A DNA stretch of 57,689 nucleotides, filler included, from Sphacelaria rigidula (Eukaryota): assembly GCA_964200075.2 (NCBI GenBank). It is 4 parts of 4 records of this genome, joined end to end, with 100 filler letters (N's around TTAATTAATTAA, not from the genome) between each part and the next. Parts side by side here need not be neighbours in the genome. Positions count along the whole stretch, not along the records: positions 14,451 to 28,799 come from CAXNAA020002301.1; positions 28,900 to 43,246 come from CAXNAA020002302.1; 2 more parts are not named here. One strand, written 5' to 3'. The notes under the pieces are model-generated. The model worked only from the letters and a program-made list of their open reading frames with translations. It did no database searches and had not been told where the DNA came from. How positions within the stretch are numbered: position 1 is the stretch's first letter; every line of letters begins with the position of its first letter. Shown here one piece after another: positions 24,501-36,849 of the stretch. A program made the position numbers and the translations under genes.

Positions 24501-25851
24501 ATAAACAAGAAGGTATCAGCAATGAGTTTTTGGCGTCGAGTGCCGGGTGAGCTCTTCTCGCATTTTCCGTACAACCCCCGTAGCGTCGTGTCTATTTGGT
24601 GTGTTGTTGCATTTGTGTCAGAGTAAATATTTGGTCTGTGGCGGGAAGTGGCGAATAACCAAACGCCTGCACACACACACACGCGCGCGCGCGGACACGA
24701 ACGGAACTCCCGAATCGTTGGTGCACGAAGGCAGTCATCAAACAGTAGCAACTTGATGACTGATCCGGGTATGAATGAGGAATCTCTTGGCGTTGCACTG
24801 GACAGTCATCCTGCGTGTGCGGCTATCGCGTCATACTTTGTTCGTCACACTTCCAACCTCGTCATTTCCTCGGGAATAGATTCAGTGGTCTCAAGGAATC
24901 AACCCCTCTCTCAATCGTGCTACAGAACCGAAACGGTCACCTTTGCCATTGTTCCAAACTGTGGGACGATCAAATCATTGTCCCAGAACAATTTGCGCGG
25001 GTGGGAGACATCTCGACTGACTGTCGAAGTAGTCGTTTCGAGTCCGCGTTATTCGAACATGTCATATGCACGTTTCGCGTTGAAAACTCGACACCTCTGC
25101 TTCGTTGGGTTTTTCGTGATGTTAGTCTGAGCAGGTACTCACATGTAACGGGGGAAGTGCAATGAGCCGTGAGTGCAACGTTTACAAAGGTGTCGAAAAT
25201 AAGGAATATGCTTCTTGCCAACCCGTGGGCATAAAGTTCAGCACCTCCCTCCAACTGCCTGCATAGTTTATGTCCGTAGCGAAAAACAACCCACATTGTG
25301 GGCGCCCTTCTCGGCAGATCAAGCGCACACTTCCCCGTTCGTATTGTTTGGTGTCAGTGGAATGCGTACGGCCTCTCTCAACAGAAAAGCATCGCCCTTG
25401 TGTTTCAATTATCTCTATTGTTCGTTAGTCGTCTCAGAAAGTAGAGGCGAAGTTTTAGCGTAGGCAGATCGAGAGTAACAGGAAGAGTAGAGCTCCTCAC
25501 TAGGACGCTATCCTCTCAGAGAAAAACATCTGTCGAGCAATCAATGGTGAAAAAAACGCCGGTCGACCATCGGCGGTAGAAATCACAATGAACTATCGAC
25601 CGGTTGAGCAACTTGTAGTCGGCCAGTGAGACAACGACCGAGAAGCTATCGGCAACATGGAGATGACAGTCGTTTGCAATAAAATCGCTGCTTGTCAGCA
25701 CACAACGCGTCGCACGGAAAGCACTGGCAGCTCAAACTGGACCAACTCAAGCACCCTGCTCAACCTCTTCACCTCTGAAACTGGGATGACCACCGGTAAT
25801 GTTTGACTGCCCAGTACCAACCATCGTTTATCAATGGGTATATATAGCCGT

Positions 25852-26298
25852 CAACTGCCGATCATCAAGATTGAGGATGGAGCTTTTCATTAAGGATGAG
25901 AACCCGGAGGATCAGTATCTTCGCATCCACACCAAATCTTCGGAATAATAAGGTTACCTTCCTTCACCTAACGGTAGCTATTGACAACCCCTGCACGCCC
26001 TACGAATTTGGATTTCGATAACCGACATGTTGGGGTCCTCGATGAAGAAAATTTTTTGGGGAAGTTAGGTGATCCGATCGGATCCCCGAAATGCCCCGGT
26101 TTTTTTTTCACCTAGGACCCCAACATTTCGGTTATCGAAATTCAAACTTGTAGGGCGTGTAGCAGTTGCCAATAGCTACCAGTAGGTGGAGTAATGGAAT
26201 CATGTTTCGAAGATTTGGTGTGGGTACGAAGATCTCAATCCCCCGGGTTCTCATCCTCAATGAAAAGCTTCATCCTCAATTTCGATGATCAGCTGTTC
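25852..26298. mobile_element. Foldback/Mutator-like MITE with ~200-bp inverted arms (family D)
   Basis: Left arm gccgatcatcaagattgaggatgg... matches the reverse complement of the right arm. The same arm occurs at 56005-56210. No TSD confirmed. Confidence 0.75.
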
Positions 26299-27435
26299 GT
26301 TGTCAAATGCACTCGACGGCTGCCATATGCGTTTATCATTTTACTGCCCGTTCGTACGTTATTCTGCAATTCGTAGAACGCATTCAATCCTTCACCATGT
26401 GTGTAATATCAACCGTCAGTTCTATTCAATACATTCACAACGTAATACTTGCAGCACACTGTGTTTCCATCACCCAGTTTTCCCGAATAAAAATATCTGT
26501 GGATATCCGTCCGTGCCTGGCCCACCCTGCTGTGGCTTGGCACTTGGGTGCGCGAATCAAGGTTGGGGGGTGTCAACTGGTGAAGTCCCACAAGTGCAGG
26601 CCAATACGCACCGATATGTACTGTCTTAAAAAAACAGGCACAGGCCGATGCGAACAGTTCTGCCTCGATCTTGGAATTCGAATTTTCCTCGAGTGAGGAT
26701 CCAAATGTTTCACGGTCAATGGGCCTTCTCGCCAGCACTAAGCTTTCTTTTGCCATCACCGTTGTAACGCGCCCCTTTTCTCTGCAACGAAACCGAAGTC
26801 TCAAGGGATCAACCCATCTCTCCCGCGGTACACGCCTTGCATCTTGGTATCGTGGGTTGGATCATGACCAACACTCTCGCACCTTGCTACTTGCGTCCTC
26901 ACGTTTTCAATGCCAGAAATCCGATACTGGTCAGAACCCCTCAAACACTATTTGAAAAATACCACGACTAAACCATACCCCAGGGTACGTTGAGGTTATC
27001 TTGACCACATCGGCCTTGTGCATGCTGCCGCTCAGCTTTGTACCACTATAAACAAGGCAGTACGAGCACCCGCACGTATTCTATTTTCAGGTCATTTTTC
27101 TGCTGTATGAAGGCCGTGTTTGACAGGCTTTGCCCCTCGGCTGCGACGACTATGCGATAATTACTGTAGCAGCGTTACATTCCTAAAATTTAGTTGTATT
27201 TGGGCTCTGTCTCCAGTATTCCGAATGGTCGCCTGCGGCACCGAAACTTATGAGAATAATAGGATTCCATGTTCATCTTGTATCGCGTCTGTGTGAACTT
27301 TGGGTCTTATTTTATTTTCTTCCCTCGCCCTACCTTTTGCTGGGTAGTCGGTCTGTGATCACGGAAGGTGTCTGCATCAGATGCCCACTACGGCATAACG
27401 CGCAGTCATTGGACCGGTGTTTCAATACGAACACA

Positions 27436-27437
27436 GC

Positions 27438-27517
<80 letters not shown>

Positions 27518-27538
27518 CGGCAATGACAACAACAACAG
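27436..27538 (+). repeat. (ACA)n microsatellite
   Basis: Direct observation. It explains the poly-T/V/C ORFs in the track. Confidence 0.95.
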
Positions 27539-28799
27539 CAGTCGTGACATTTCCATCGGCATGCGTTGACCCACAACGACTTCGAAGCCAGAGGATAGCA
27601 GTCAAGAGCCAGAACGGTGCGGTTCGAAACTCCGTAAGGAATCAACGCCAACTTCTTGAAAGCGTTCTATATGCCATTTGCATCACATGTTCTCTTCCTT
27701 ACACACAACGACCTCCCATGTGCGTTCCGCTGTTCTCCTGCCGCGTCGTTTTTGCCTTGTTTCTTGCGTACGTCATCCCCGTACGCATGTCGCATTGCAC
27801 CCTGCAGACTGCAAACTTCCGGCAATGGCAAGTACGCGAGCATGTCGCACGTTTTATCCTCCATGGTTCGGCAAGAAGGGGTGAGATTTAGTCATGCGTA
27901 AAACAAAACATAATCATATGCAAAATAGAAGAAAACAATATCAAAACACCACCATCCGGGAACCATCTGAACGCGTCTGGGGGGGGCTGCAGGGGTAGAA
28001 TAGCCAGGTAATCTGCATTTATCGTCCATGCGGCTTCGCTGACAATGTGTCTAACTTTGTATGTAGTCGTCGATGCTCAAATGTTTTCAGGGTCCAAGCG
28101 TTCGCGGCGCTTTCCATAGGCATTTAGCATTCAGAATATAACTTCAATACAAGTGAGTAAGTGGTACGGGCGATACCGAGCCTCACCTATGCACGTAGAG
28201 TACACGTACTATACATGCATTTATATTTGTGTTTCTCCTCTAGCCCTAATCAGCGCGTCATGGATACCCTCCGCGAGCAACCGACTGGTGTTCATTCGGG
28301 CTGCTACTACAATAGCTCACAGATGCTTTACCTAGGATTAAGCGTGGCCGTTGAGGTTAAAACATCTCGGGGGCTGCAAGCCGTGGGAGCTCACCCGTGT
28401 ACGCAGCACGAACTTTCAGGTCTGTGTCGGCACCTTGCGGGACCCCTTTGAGCTCCGCCAACGCACAATTTGCCTACGGCAGGCACTCTCTGTACAGTAT
28501 GCCCTTTTTCCCGAGGAGATATGGCTTTACACGGGATTGGTGGAAATTAGATGAGGGCTACGGCAGGGTCAGCAGCTGCGCGGGTGTGTCAATCATGGAT
28601 CGCTTCGTCAACCATGGACGTTCGTTCGGACGATGAAGTCGCGTGAGACACTCCTCGAAACGAAAGCTCGCCGCACGGCCGGACGGCCCGGCAGGAGACG
28701 ATGACACTGGAGTGTGCAAGTGAAGACAAAAGGCGGCGGGGGGGGGAGGGGGGGGCGTACTTATTTGTTGCTTTCCTTAGTCGTTTGACCATTGACCAC

Positions 28800-28899
28800 N
28801 NNNNNNNNNNNNNNNNNNNNNNNNNNNNNNNNNNNNNNNNNNNTTAATTAATTAANNNNNNNNNNNNNNNNNNNNNNNNNNNNNNNNNNNNNNNNNNNN
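28800..28899. other. Artificial contig-joining spacer
   Basis: Same N44-TTAATTAATTAA-N44 structure. Confidence 0.97.
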
Positions 28900-28958
28900 T
28901 GGGGAGTCCCTCAACAGCATTTTGACGCTGCAGTACTAGCAGACCTGCTAGCGTCACA
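28900..28958 (-). mobile_element. Terminus of a young repeat (starts TGTGACGCTAGC; LTR-like) truncated by contig end
   Basis: Nearly identical to 57637-57689 in the opposite orientation, with different flanks. Confidence 0.6.
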
Positions 28959-29195
28959 GTCATAACAGGAATAACGAGCACAAGCTACTATGTGCACTTT
29001 CATTTTGAGCAGAGAGTAACTCATGTATTGGATGAAATACGAGTATGCGATTTTTGTGCCCATCATCTTGGCGTTCAACTTGAAGTAGACGGCTTTAAGC
29101 ACACACTACGCAAACCCCGAGGTACCAGAAAGAAATTGAGCCCGGAAGAAAAAACACGCATGAAACGAAAATCGAAGGGAGAAAGAAAAGAGGTA

Positions 29196-29783
29196 CGAGC
29201 TGGGCCAGCTGACAGCAATTACGAATGTATCCGGGCCGGGCGGTGGGTAATCCGAAGAGTTGGGCGCTGAAATTTTGACACAAAATTTTCATCATCACCA
29301 CGCACAACCTTCCCGGGGATGCCAAAAAAAAAAACATTGAAAGCGATTTGAAGTTTCTGAAAAAACTAGAAAAATGCTGTAACTCCGTGAAAATGAAGAA
29401 AATACGGAGGCATCCCTAGCGTAGTTGTTCCTTCTTGTGTGGAGGAGATCCTGGTGCAATCTCCGCCAAAAATTGCAGAGATTTGGCGCAGCATCCAACT
29501 TTTCGTGTGGCACGGCTGCGCTCTTTTAATCCAAGTGATGCAGTTGACTCCAGTCATGGAGGTCACGAGTTCGAATCCCGACGAATTCCTTTTAATTGTT
29601 CCGTCGGTTAGGTGATACAGTATGCAATACATTCTTCATTTTATTTATTTATTCAGAGGCGGTCCCGCGCGCTACCACGTTAGTCTGCAGGTCACACCGA
29701 TATACTCAAGTTGTGCTGATTTGGTAAACTTGATAAGTTATGGTGTGACATGCAAATGCGGGATTTACTGCTGGCCCAGCTCG
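29196..29783. mobile_element. Non-autonomous Tc1/mariner-type element family E (TIR CGAGCTGGGCCAGC)
   Basis: ta-CGAGCTGGGCCAGC...GCTGGCCCAGCTCG-tg. Same TIR as 44420-45270. Confidence 0.7.
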
Positions 29784-30879
29784 TGTAATTCGCACATACT
29801 AGCGAGCATAAGTGTGAGAATTGTTTCGTACTCCAAAGTGGCAGGAGCCCAAATGCCTCCTTGAGGTATACGCTTGCCCAAAGTTAAGAGAAGAAAACGC
29901 CGATACGAAAAGCAGAATGGGTGAGAGCCTAACAATCACACCTCACGAGCTATATGATGAGTAATCGCTAATCAATCAGGTGAAAAGCCAGCATTTATCT
30001 TATCGTATCTTATCAGACTTATCGTCATCGTTATCGTTTTGTCGAGCTGTTTTCGATACGGTAACGATAACGATAACGATATTTCGATACGTTGTATCGA
30101 AACTTCAACTGTCGATACGATATCCAACACATTGGTCACAGGTTTGTCGTAGAATGTACTGTAACAAGCGTACATTTTTCACGAGTATGAGCGTGGTCGT
30201 TATTTCGAGGTGACGTGTACTTGAGATCGATACTGATTCGCTCATGTAGGCTTAACTTCTTCTGTAGACAGGAGTCGAGGGTCTCGTTCCCGAAATATAG
30301 TACCCACGATCGGGCCTCATTCACCACCATACCAGTGCTCACATACCGCATGGCCATCAATTACACCAAGGGAAGCATCACGGATGTGCTTTTTGTCTGC
30401 GAACACTATCATGCTTGAAGTTATAGGAGCAAGCACTTATAAATATATGTAATTTCTCCACCTCATATATCTCCGTTACCTCGCTGGATGGGCGGCGGGA
30501 AGGATCACCGACGTCGTGTGCCACGCAAGGTTTTTGGATCAGGTCTTTGCCGATTCCCATGTCCCAACAATGAAGTTCCTCGGTGGAAAACTTCTGTTAT
30601 CATGAGCATTTTTATCATTTCATTGTATCATCTTAATTCCAGTATTTTCGTACAGATTGCAAGGTGGATGGGTTCCGCTGCCTTTTCTCTGCAATGCGGA
30701 TAGCACCGTCCTACCGTGCTGCCTCTGGTTTCGACAAAACTAAATATGATCATCTCTGGGCACTTGTGGCGGCGATGGTGCCTGCGCGCACAGCTTGCTT
30801 CCTGACACAAAATACGGCTGCTGCTGCCCTGGCGCGGTGTAGCGGAATGTATGTCGTACCCAGTCAGCTAAATTATTAA

Positions 30880-31021
30880 CCCTTTGAGAACTAGAACCCC
30901 AGGGACTGCTGATTTTTGTTGTTGTGAATCGGCATCAATTTCATTCAATTTCAAGTCAAAATGATGCCGATCCACGAAGGTTCACAAGACAAAAATCAGC
31001 ACGTTAGGTCGTTCTCGAAGG
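30880..31021. mobile_element. piggyBac-like MITE (degenerate)
   Basis: TTAA-CCCTTTGAGAAC...GTTCTCGAAGG, with internal inverted tgctgatttttgt/acaaaaatcagca and atcggcatca/tgatgccgat. Confidence 0.5.
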
Positions 31022-31165
31022 TTGTACTTGTATTCGTGTGACCTCATGTTTTTCATTCATGATGGAAGATAGCACCCTCAGTACGTTTAATAGCACCCCT
31101 GGTCACTACAGCCAACGCTGGCTTTGTCAAACCCATTCCTTCAACCCCTAAATCCTTCTTGTCCC

Positions 31166-31230
31166 GTTTGGTTGGTTGATTGATTGATTGTCGCACTTTA
31201 ACTGACCCCCCAGGGGTCCAGCCGTGGTCT
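31166..31230 (-). repeat. 3' end of non-LTR retroposon with (CAAT)n tail (second copy 48128-48200)
   Basis: Shared gacccctgggggg-tcaRttaaagtKcgacaatcaatcaatc on the minus strand at both loci. Confidence 0.6.
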
Positions 31231-33301
31231 CATGACAGACGTTCCCAAGGAAAACGAAACTGAAACCGTACGCCAACTGATCCTCACCTATTACAGGCAG
31301 TACTGTTACGACCAACGTCGACCCTACTGCAAATATATACTTGCCGCAATCTTCCAACGAAAAACCAAAACTCCTTGTACATGTACAGATAGTATGTGTC
31401 GCGGGCCCTTGTTTGTTTGGTGTACTGCACGGCATCTACGGTTCAGTTGACGACACAATCCGTCATTCAAATCAAGCTGTGGAGAACTAGGGAGTGGTAC
31501 CCGACCGCGGAAGAAGAGCAGGATCCGCTCTCCAGCAGTATCTTCTTATGAGTAAACTTCTTCATATTCACAGTTCAAGCATCATAACTGGTGTCGTATC
31601 ACACCAGCCACCACATCTCACCGTATACAACTCCCGACCGCAAGCAGATGGCCGGTTTTCTGTGTTCTCGGGGTCCGCACAGTAGAGAAGGTTCGCTTTT
31701 ACTGTTCAGACCCGCGATTGATATATGGAAGATCCCAAGGCAACACACAGGCGGAAAAGATCAACTCTCGATCAAAAGACGGCGATCCAAGGAACTATCT
31801 TGATTTTCAAAGGGTAATCTCTTCCCTTTATCCTTTACTTTCGTCGGTCCTGTCAATGAAGCCTGGAAACGACAGCATGGAAAATGACTCAACCTGCAAT
31901 ACATAGTAACTCCGCGTTTGACTATATCTGATTATACTAGTCTCTGTAGAGTACAGTTGAACAGACAATTCATCGCAGCATAGTACAGCAGATCAAGTCA
32001 GCACAAAACTGACTGTAGCGACTTTTTCACGGGACTGGCTACAGGAAGAAGCACGAACACGCGTATCCACACCGGTCAAGAGCTACGACATTGCAACAAT
32101 GATGAGATCTGCTGTAGCTGCAATGGGTCGCCAGTCTCGGACACCAAGATCCAGGTGTGAGCAGGCTGTCAGCCCGACAAGTACTGTATGTGTGGTATGT
32201 TACCTGCCGCTCAGAGTTTCTTCTGGGTTGTTGGTGATGCTAGTATTAGATTCATCTGTTTCATGCAACCCCCCAACTCCGGCATAGGGAGGCTCCACCT
32301 ATATTCACCGTACCATTGCAGAGGTTCCATTGACGAGGGGCCGTGCGCATGTCAATGAAAACGATCACAATATTGGATTATCTAGAGACACGAAAAGTAA
32401 GCTTTCTCGCCGCAGTTATTCTACATAGTATGTAGTACAATGCACACCACTTGCGGCTCCGAGCTCTTGTACGTCGCTTGAACTACAACAAGACTGCAAC
32501 TTGCTGGTCGAAGGCGTACGTCGCATCCGTATCTATCGTGGCTGTTGCAACCGCGCAAGGTTCCCTGAATGTTGTTGCCACACCGTCGCGCTCTCGCCCA
32601 TGCGTTTTCCCCGTACCGTTGGGAAGCACAGGCAAGATCAAGTGCGGCTTAGCGACGTGCTGAATTTTGATAGCGGTGGCAGTTTCCGCAACTTGCCGTT
32701 GGGCTGAAGTATTTTGCCAGTAAGTTCAACTCGGGACAGACAGTCGTGAAAGTACATGTGTATAGGACACAGGTCCACTGCGCACAGCACTGCCATGCTC
32801 AGCCACCCACTCAGTTCAAATACGTGAGAGACTCGCACACAGGGAACGTTCATTCATGCTGTTTAATCTACTGTTTGAATCGTTCTTTCCATGTACATGG
32901 CCCACCAATTGCCCGTATCCCGCTCTCCCTAGATACCCCCCCACCATATACATGGGGGTAGTTTTTGTAGTGGAAAATGATATTCAACCAATCAGAGGCC
33001 CTTCAGTGACGAATCAGCGGAATCTGGCGTCAATGAAATGCAAACTTTGTAATGAATTATGTGTTATAGTGAAGAATGCTTGTGATTGGCTCGCACACGC
33101 GACTCATATCTGCAATATACGTACATGTTGTTTTCTTCACATGAAAAACCCTTCCGGGTGTCTGTGCAGTACTCTGTACTGGTCATCTGATGCGGACGCC
33201 TTCGTGGTCACAGACTAAATACCCCCAAGCTAGGGTAAAAAATAAAATCATGGAATAAAATCGGACCCAGAAAAAATTCACACAGCCGCGACGCAAAAAA
33301 A

Positions 33302-34055
33302 AATCAGGCAATGATCTGTGGTTCCCACGTCCTCCGCGCATACATACACTTCCATTTCTTTACTATTTCCATGCTCCATCACTAAATAGTCGAGAACAGA
33401 GCGTTCTCTCTCGTCTTCACATATCCTAGTCCATATCCATCGCGCCTCTGGCTTTTCTGCTCTATCGTTCAGCGTCTTCATCTCGTTATGCTCAAGGAAA
33501 TTCAGCATTTCTTCCCCATTCGTGTTCTTGTTGTCTCCCCGTATTGCCCAATTATATCATCCGCTTGACCTGCCCTTCCTACCCTTGCATTGAATTTTTC
33601 CACTAACGTTACTTCTCCTTGCCTTTTATACTCATGTACACCTGCTGCTATCTCTCCAAACCTCCGCTGTCTATCGTTCACCCTACTCTTCGATTCTGGG
33701 GGCATGTAGATGTTCCCTTTGAAGAAGTCCTTCGTTCCCCACTCTCCTGGTACTCTTATCCATACGCTCTCGTCGAATTTCGTGTCGTCGATCACTTCTA
33801 TACTGTCACACAGGTATTCCTTGACTTGAGAATCCTACTCCCCCCGCTCCCCTGCTCTTGGGCTTCTGCCCCTTCCGCTTTTCCCCCTACCCATGCGTAT
33901 TCTTCAGCTCTGCATCCTATTTTCGCCCCCTCTTTTCCCCGTAACTCTTGGATTCCTGCTATATTTAGGTCGCATTTACTTTCTTGTTGCGCTATCTTTA
34001 TTGTTTTGCTCTCGCCTATGACGAATCCTCACACGTTCCACGATCTTACCTTCCT
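33302..34055 (-). mobile_element. Degenerate LINE apurinic endonuclease (EEP/APE) domain; no RT present
   Basis: Motifs SWNV.G, GIQE, GGVG, ESVW, NIYMPP, FNARVG, NGEEML.FL, SVLDY and TDHCL, interrupted by frameshifts and stops. Confidence 0.88.
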
Positions 34056-36632
34056 TTCCGAATCATTATTTGCTCTCGTATTGTCTACTATTCTCTCTCC
34101 GTCGCGTTCACTTCTACTTTCACTTGCTTGATTGTTCTTCCCGTTTCTGGGTTGGTCTTCGTCTGTTTGCTTCGGGCCGCTATGCCCCTTACCCGTGGAC
34201 TACGTCCTAGGTTTGTTGTTCCATTAGCTATGCATACTCTTCACCCTACTCTTCTAACTCATCCCGACACCTTACTTGGTGGTTTAGTGTGACTCGGAAG
34301 TGTTCTCCCTCCCCTTCTACTTTTCCTCTTGCCGAACAGTAGAGTCCAACTCTATTGCATCTCCTTTTCAAGTCTATTCTTGCCATATCGCACGAACTCC
34401 GAATAACAGTACTACTAGTACTTTACCCGTACACTTCTTGCTTCTCCATCCGCCCTTCATTACCGTCTCTCTCTTAATCTCTTCAATGGAAACTCCAGCT
34501 TTATCGTTTCGAGTGTATTGGTGGGATGCAGTCAACGTGCTGGGACATCCCAATCCTGGTACTTGTGGGGGATCTGGTGCATTTTAGTTATTTTGCTGGC
34601 TCACCGACACTTTATGATGCCCCCAAGACGGACTCGTAGGCTAAAGCCAAGTTCAACACATTTGACACAAGTAAATACCCGACGTTGGTGCCAGGCGATC
34701 TTCATGGTAAACCACCCAGGCGCCCCACGATAGTTTCTTCTATCTTCTAGCCCCGCTGCTGTACTGGTTACTTTCCTCTAGGGAGGTCAATTTCATCATG
34801 TAAGGTTCAAGGACGACTTGCATAACACAAAGTCGTACTCACATCTGGATGTCCCGCACATCACTTTTCCCACTCCCTGTATAGTTCACCATGGGTCGCT
34901 ACTCCACTAATACTTCTGAGTAGACCATCGCTGTCGAAAGCTTGGCCAACGATTCCCCCACACTTTGTACCAGCTGTTATACTTCAAGATCTCAAGAAGT
35001 GTACGTAGTCGGTCATTTGTAACGTGTTTGGTTCCTGAGTGCAGTAGGTCTCGACGATTTTTTCATGCATTTTCCACCCCTTTCCTTAATTAGGCGCCTT
35101 TTGCACCCAAGTCGGGAAAAGGGCTGACCAGATGTCCACCGCCTACTGGAAATCGGTAAGGTTTTACGATTATCTGACCACTAGACCCCAACCTCCATGT
35201 GAATTTAACGTGGAGGGGGTGATGACCCCACCCTATCCGTACTTGTTACGTACTTTGTACTCTCGATGCAATCAATGTCAGTCGGGGGGGGGGAGGGTGG
35301 TATCTCCCGACCGTCTGGTTCGATAACGAACTACGTTGACCCTCTTGATCCCCGTGCCTCCTGTCGGCCAAACTCAGGATCGACGTCGACACGAGGCTCG
35401 GCCTCGTGTTTCTCACCTTTTTTCCTGCCACACTGTCGTCGGTTCAGTGATCTTTTTGTGGGTTGAGACTGCTGGAAGTCCTCATCCCTCCCCAGCAGGG
35501 GCGGGCCACGAAGTCGTGCACTACAGTACATGGATGAACAGTCGCGCCGGGACGGATAGAGCAGCGGCAGAGAAACGAAACAGCAAGCAGACGGGCAGAC
35601 AGCGAGTGGTGCATTGCCGCCACTGGGGGTCATTACGATGCTCGTGTATCGGCATATCCTCATCTTTGTATGGCTGGTTGTGTCTTCCCGTGGCCGCATG
35701 CGCTGGCGCCGATGCCAGCGGCAGCGGTCGCCATGCTGACGGGTGCAACCCGTACCCTGGCGGTGCAGTGTATCCGCACTGTGTTGTGGGTTGCTCCTTT
35801 TATCGGAGCATAGGGCCTGGCCTAGCCGGTCGAGCGGGGTATGCCGGCGCTGGTTGTGTGTCTTAACCCAGCCATATTCAGTATTGCGCAAGTGATGGGT
35901 CTGGGCAGCGTCTTGCTCGTTTTACGGAAGACGGGGCGGTCAACACACGATGAAGTTTTCAACAGGCAGCGGGTAGACAGCACTGCGTCCCGACTGAAAA
36001 TAAATTTGACAGAGAGACGTACACAACAATACAAAAGCCCAGGCAATCTCAGCGGAGACCAAAACGTCTTCGCAAGGTCTGAACACATCACAGAACAGTG
36101 ATAGCTACAGCACATGAGAGAAGACGGGAGTTTGTTTGTGCTGTAGTACAGTGAAACAAGACATGTCCCATGCTTTTGCTCTTCGCCTGATTTTAGACGT
36201 GTCCTCAGTGTTTTGCGGGTGCTGATCTTAAACACTCGACCATAACCGCGCTTCGCGCAAGTAATTTATCTAATTACAAAGTCATCTCCATGTTTGGATC
36301 CTGTGCCTCCGAACACGAGTAGAAGACGACATCGATCTGACCCCTCGTATTATGCTCGAGTCCTCAATAGGGTAATAGTTTCCCTGTCTGGCGGTGCCAA
36401 CAGATACTTGTGTTCGCCACGTGCGCGGTTCACTTTCGCGAGCGACGCTCCAAATGCGAGTTTCTCTCTTTCCGCCATCTGGTGTTCCTTGGTTTGTTTG
36501 CGCCGTTTTGTCGTTGTTTCATCATGCTATCCCCCCGCCCCTCACCCCCCCCGCCCGTGACGATCCATTGCTGGACATCGCTGACTGATACCGCACTGAC
36601 GGTGCTGTCTGCTTGTCTATTGGAGCCGGCAG

Positions 36633-36849
36633 TGGTGTGACCGGAGCGCGGCGACTAAACGTCCTAAACAACGGCACCGACAGTAATAGAAGTTCCATGA
36701 AGTTATCGAGCAACAGAGGCTACTTGACATGGAACAGCTTGCCAGAGGAACACGCGATGCTTCGAGAAATGTGTCGCAACTTCGCGGACAACGAGCTCGC
36801 GCCTCACGCGGGAGAATGGGATAAAAATCACACATTTCCCGCCGAGCAG
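36633..36849 (+). CDS. ACADS: Short-chain acyl-CoA dehydrogenase exon (…LPEEHAMLREMCRNFADNELAPHAGEWDKNHTFPAEQ); possible micro exon 1 at 36352-36371
   Basis: Matches the ACADS N-terminal helix 'LPETHQML.QTCRDFAEKEL.P.A..VD.EH.FP..Q'. CAG|gtgaga donor. Confidence 0.9.

Noticed and set aside
27250..27891. 213-aa ORF with poly-Thr (and poly-Cys/Val on the other strand)
   Set aside because: Produced by an (ACA)n microsatellite; no coding signature.
30140..31860. Minus-strand exon-like segments (also 35330-35870)
   Set aside because: In-frame stops, no recognisable homology, and I could not build a phase-consistent model.
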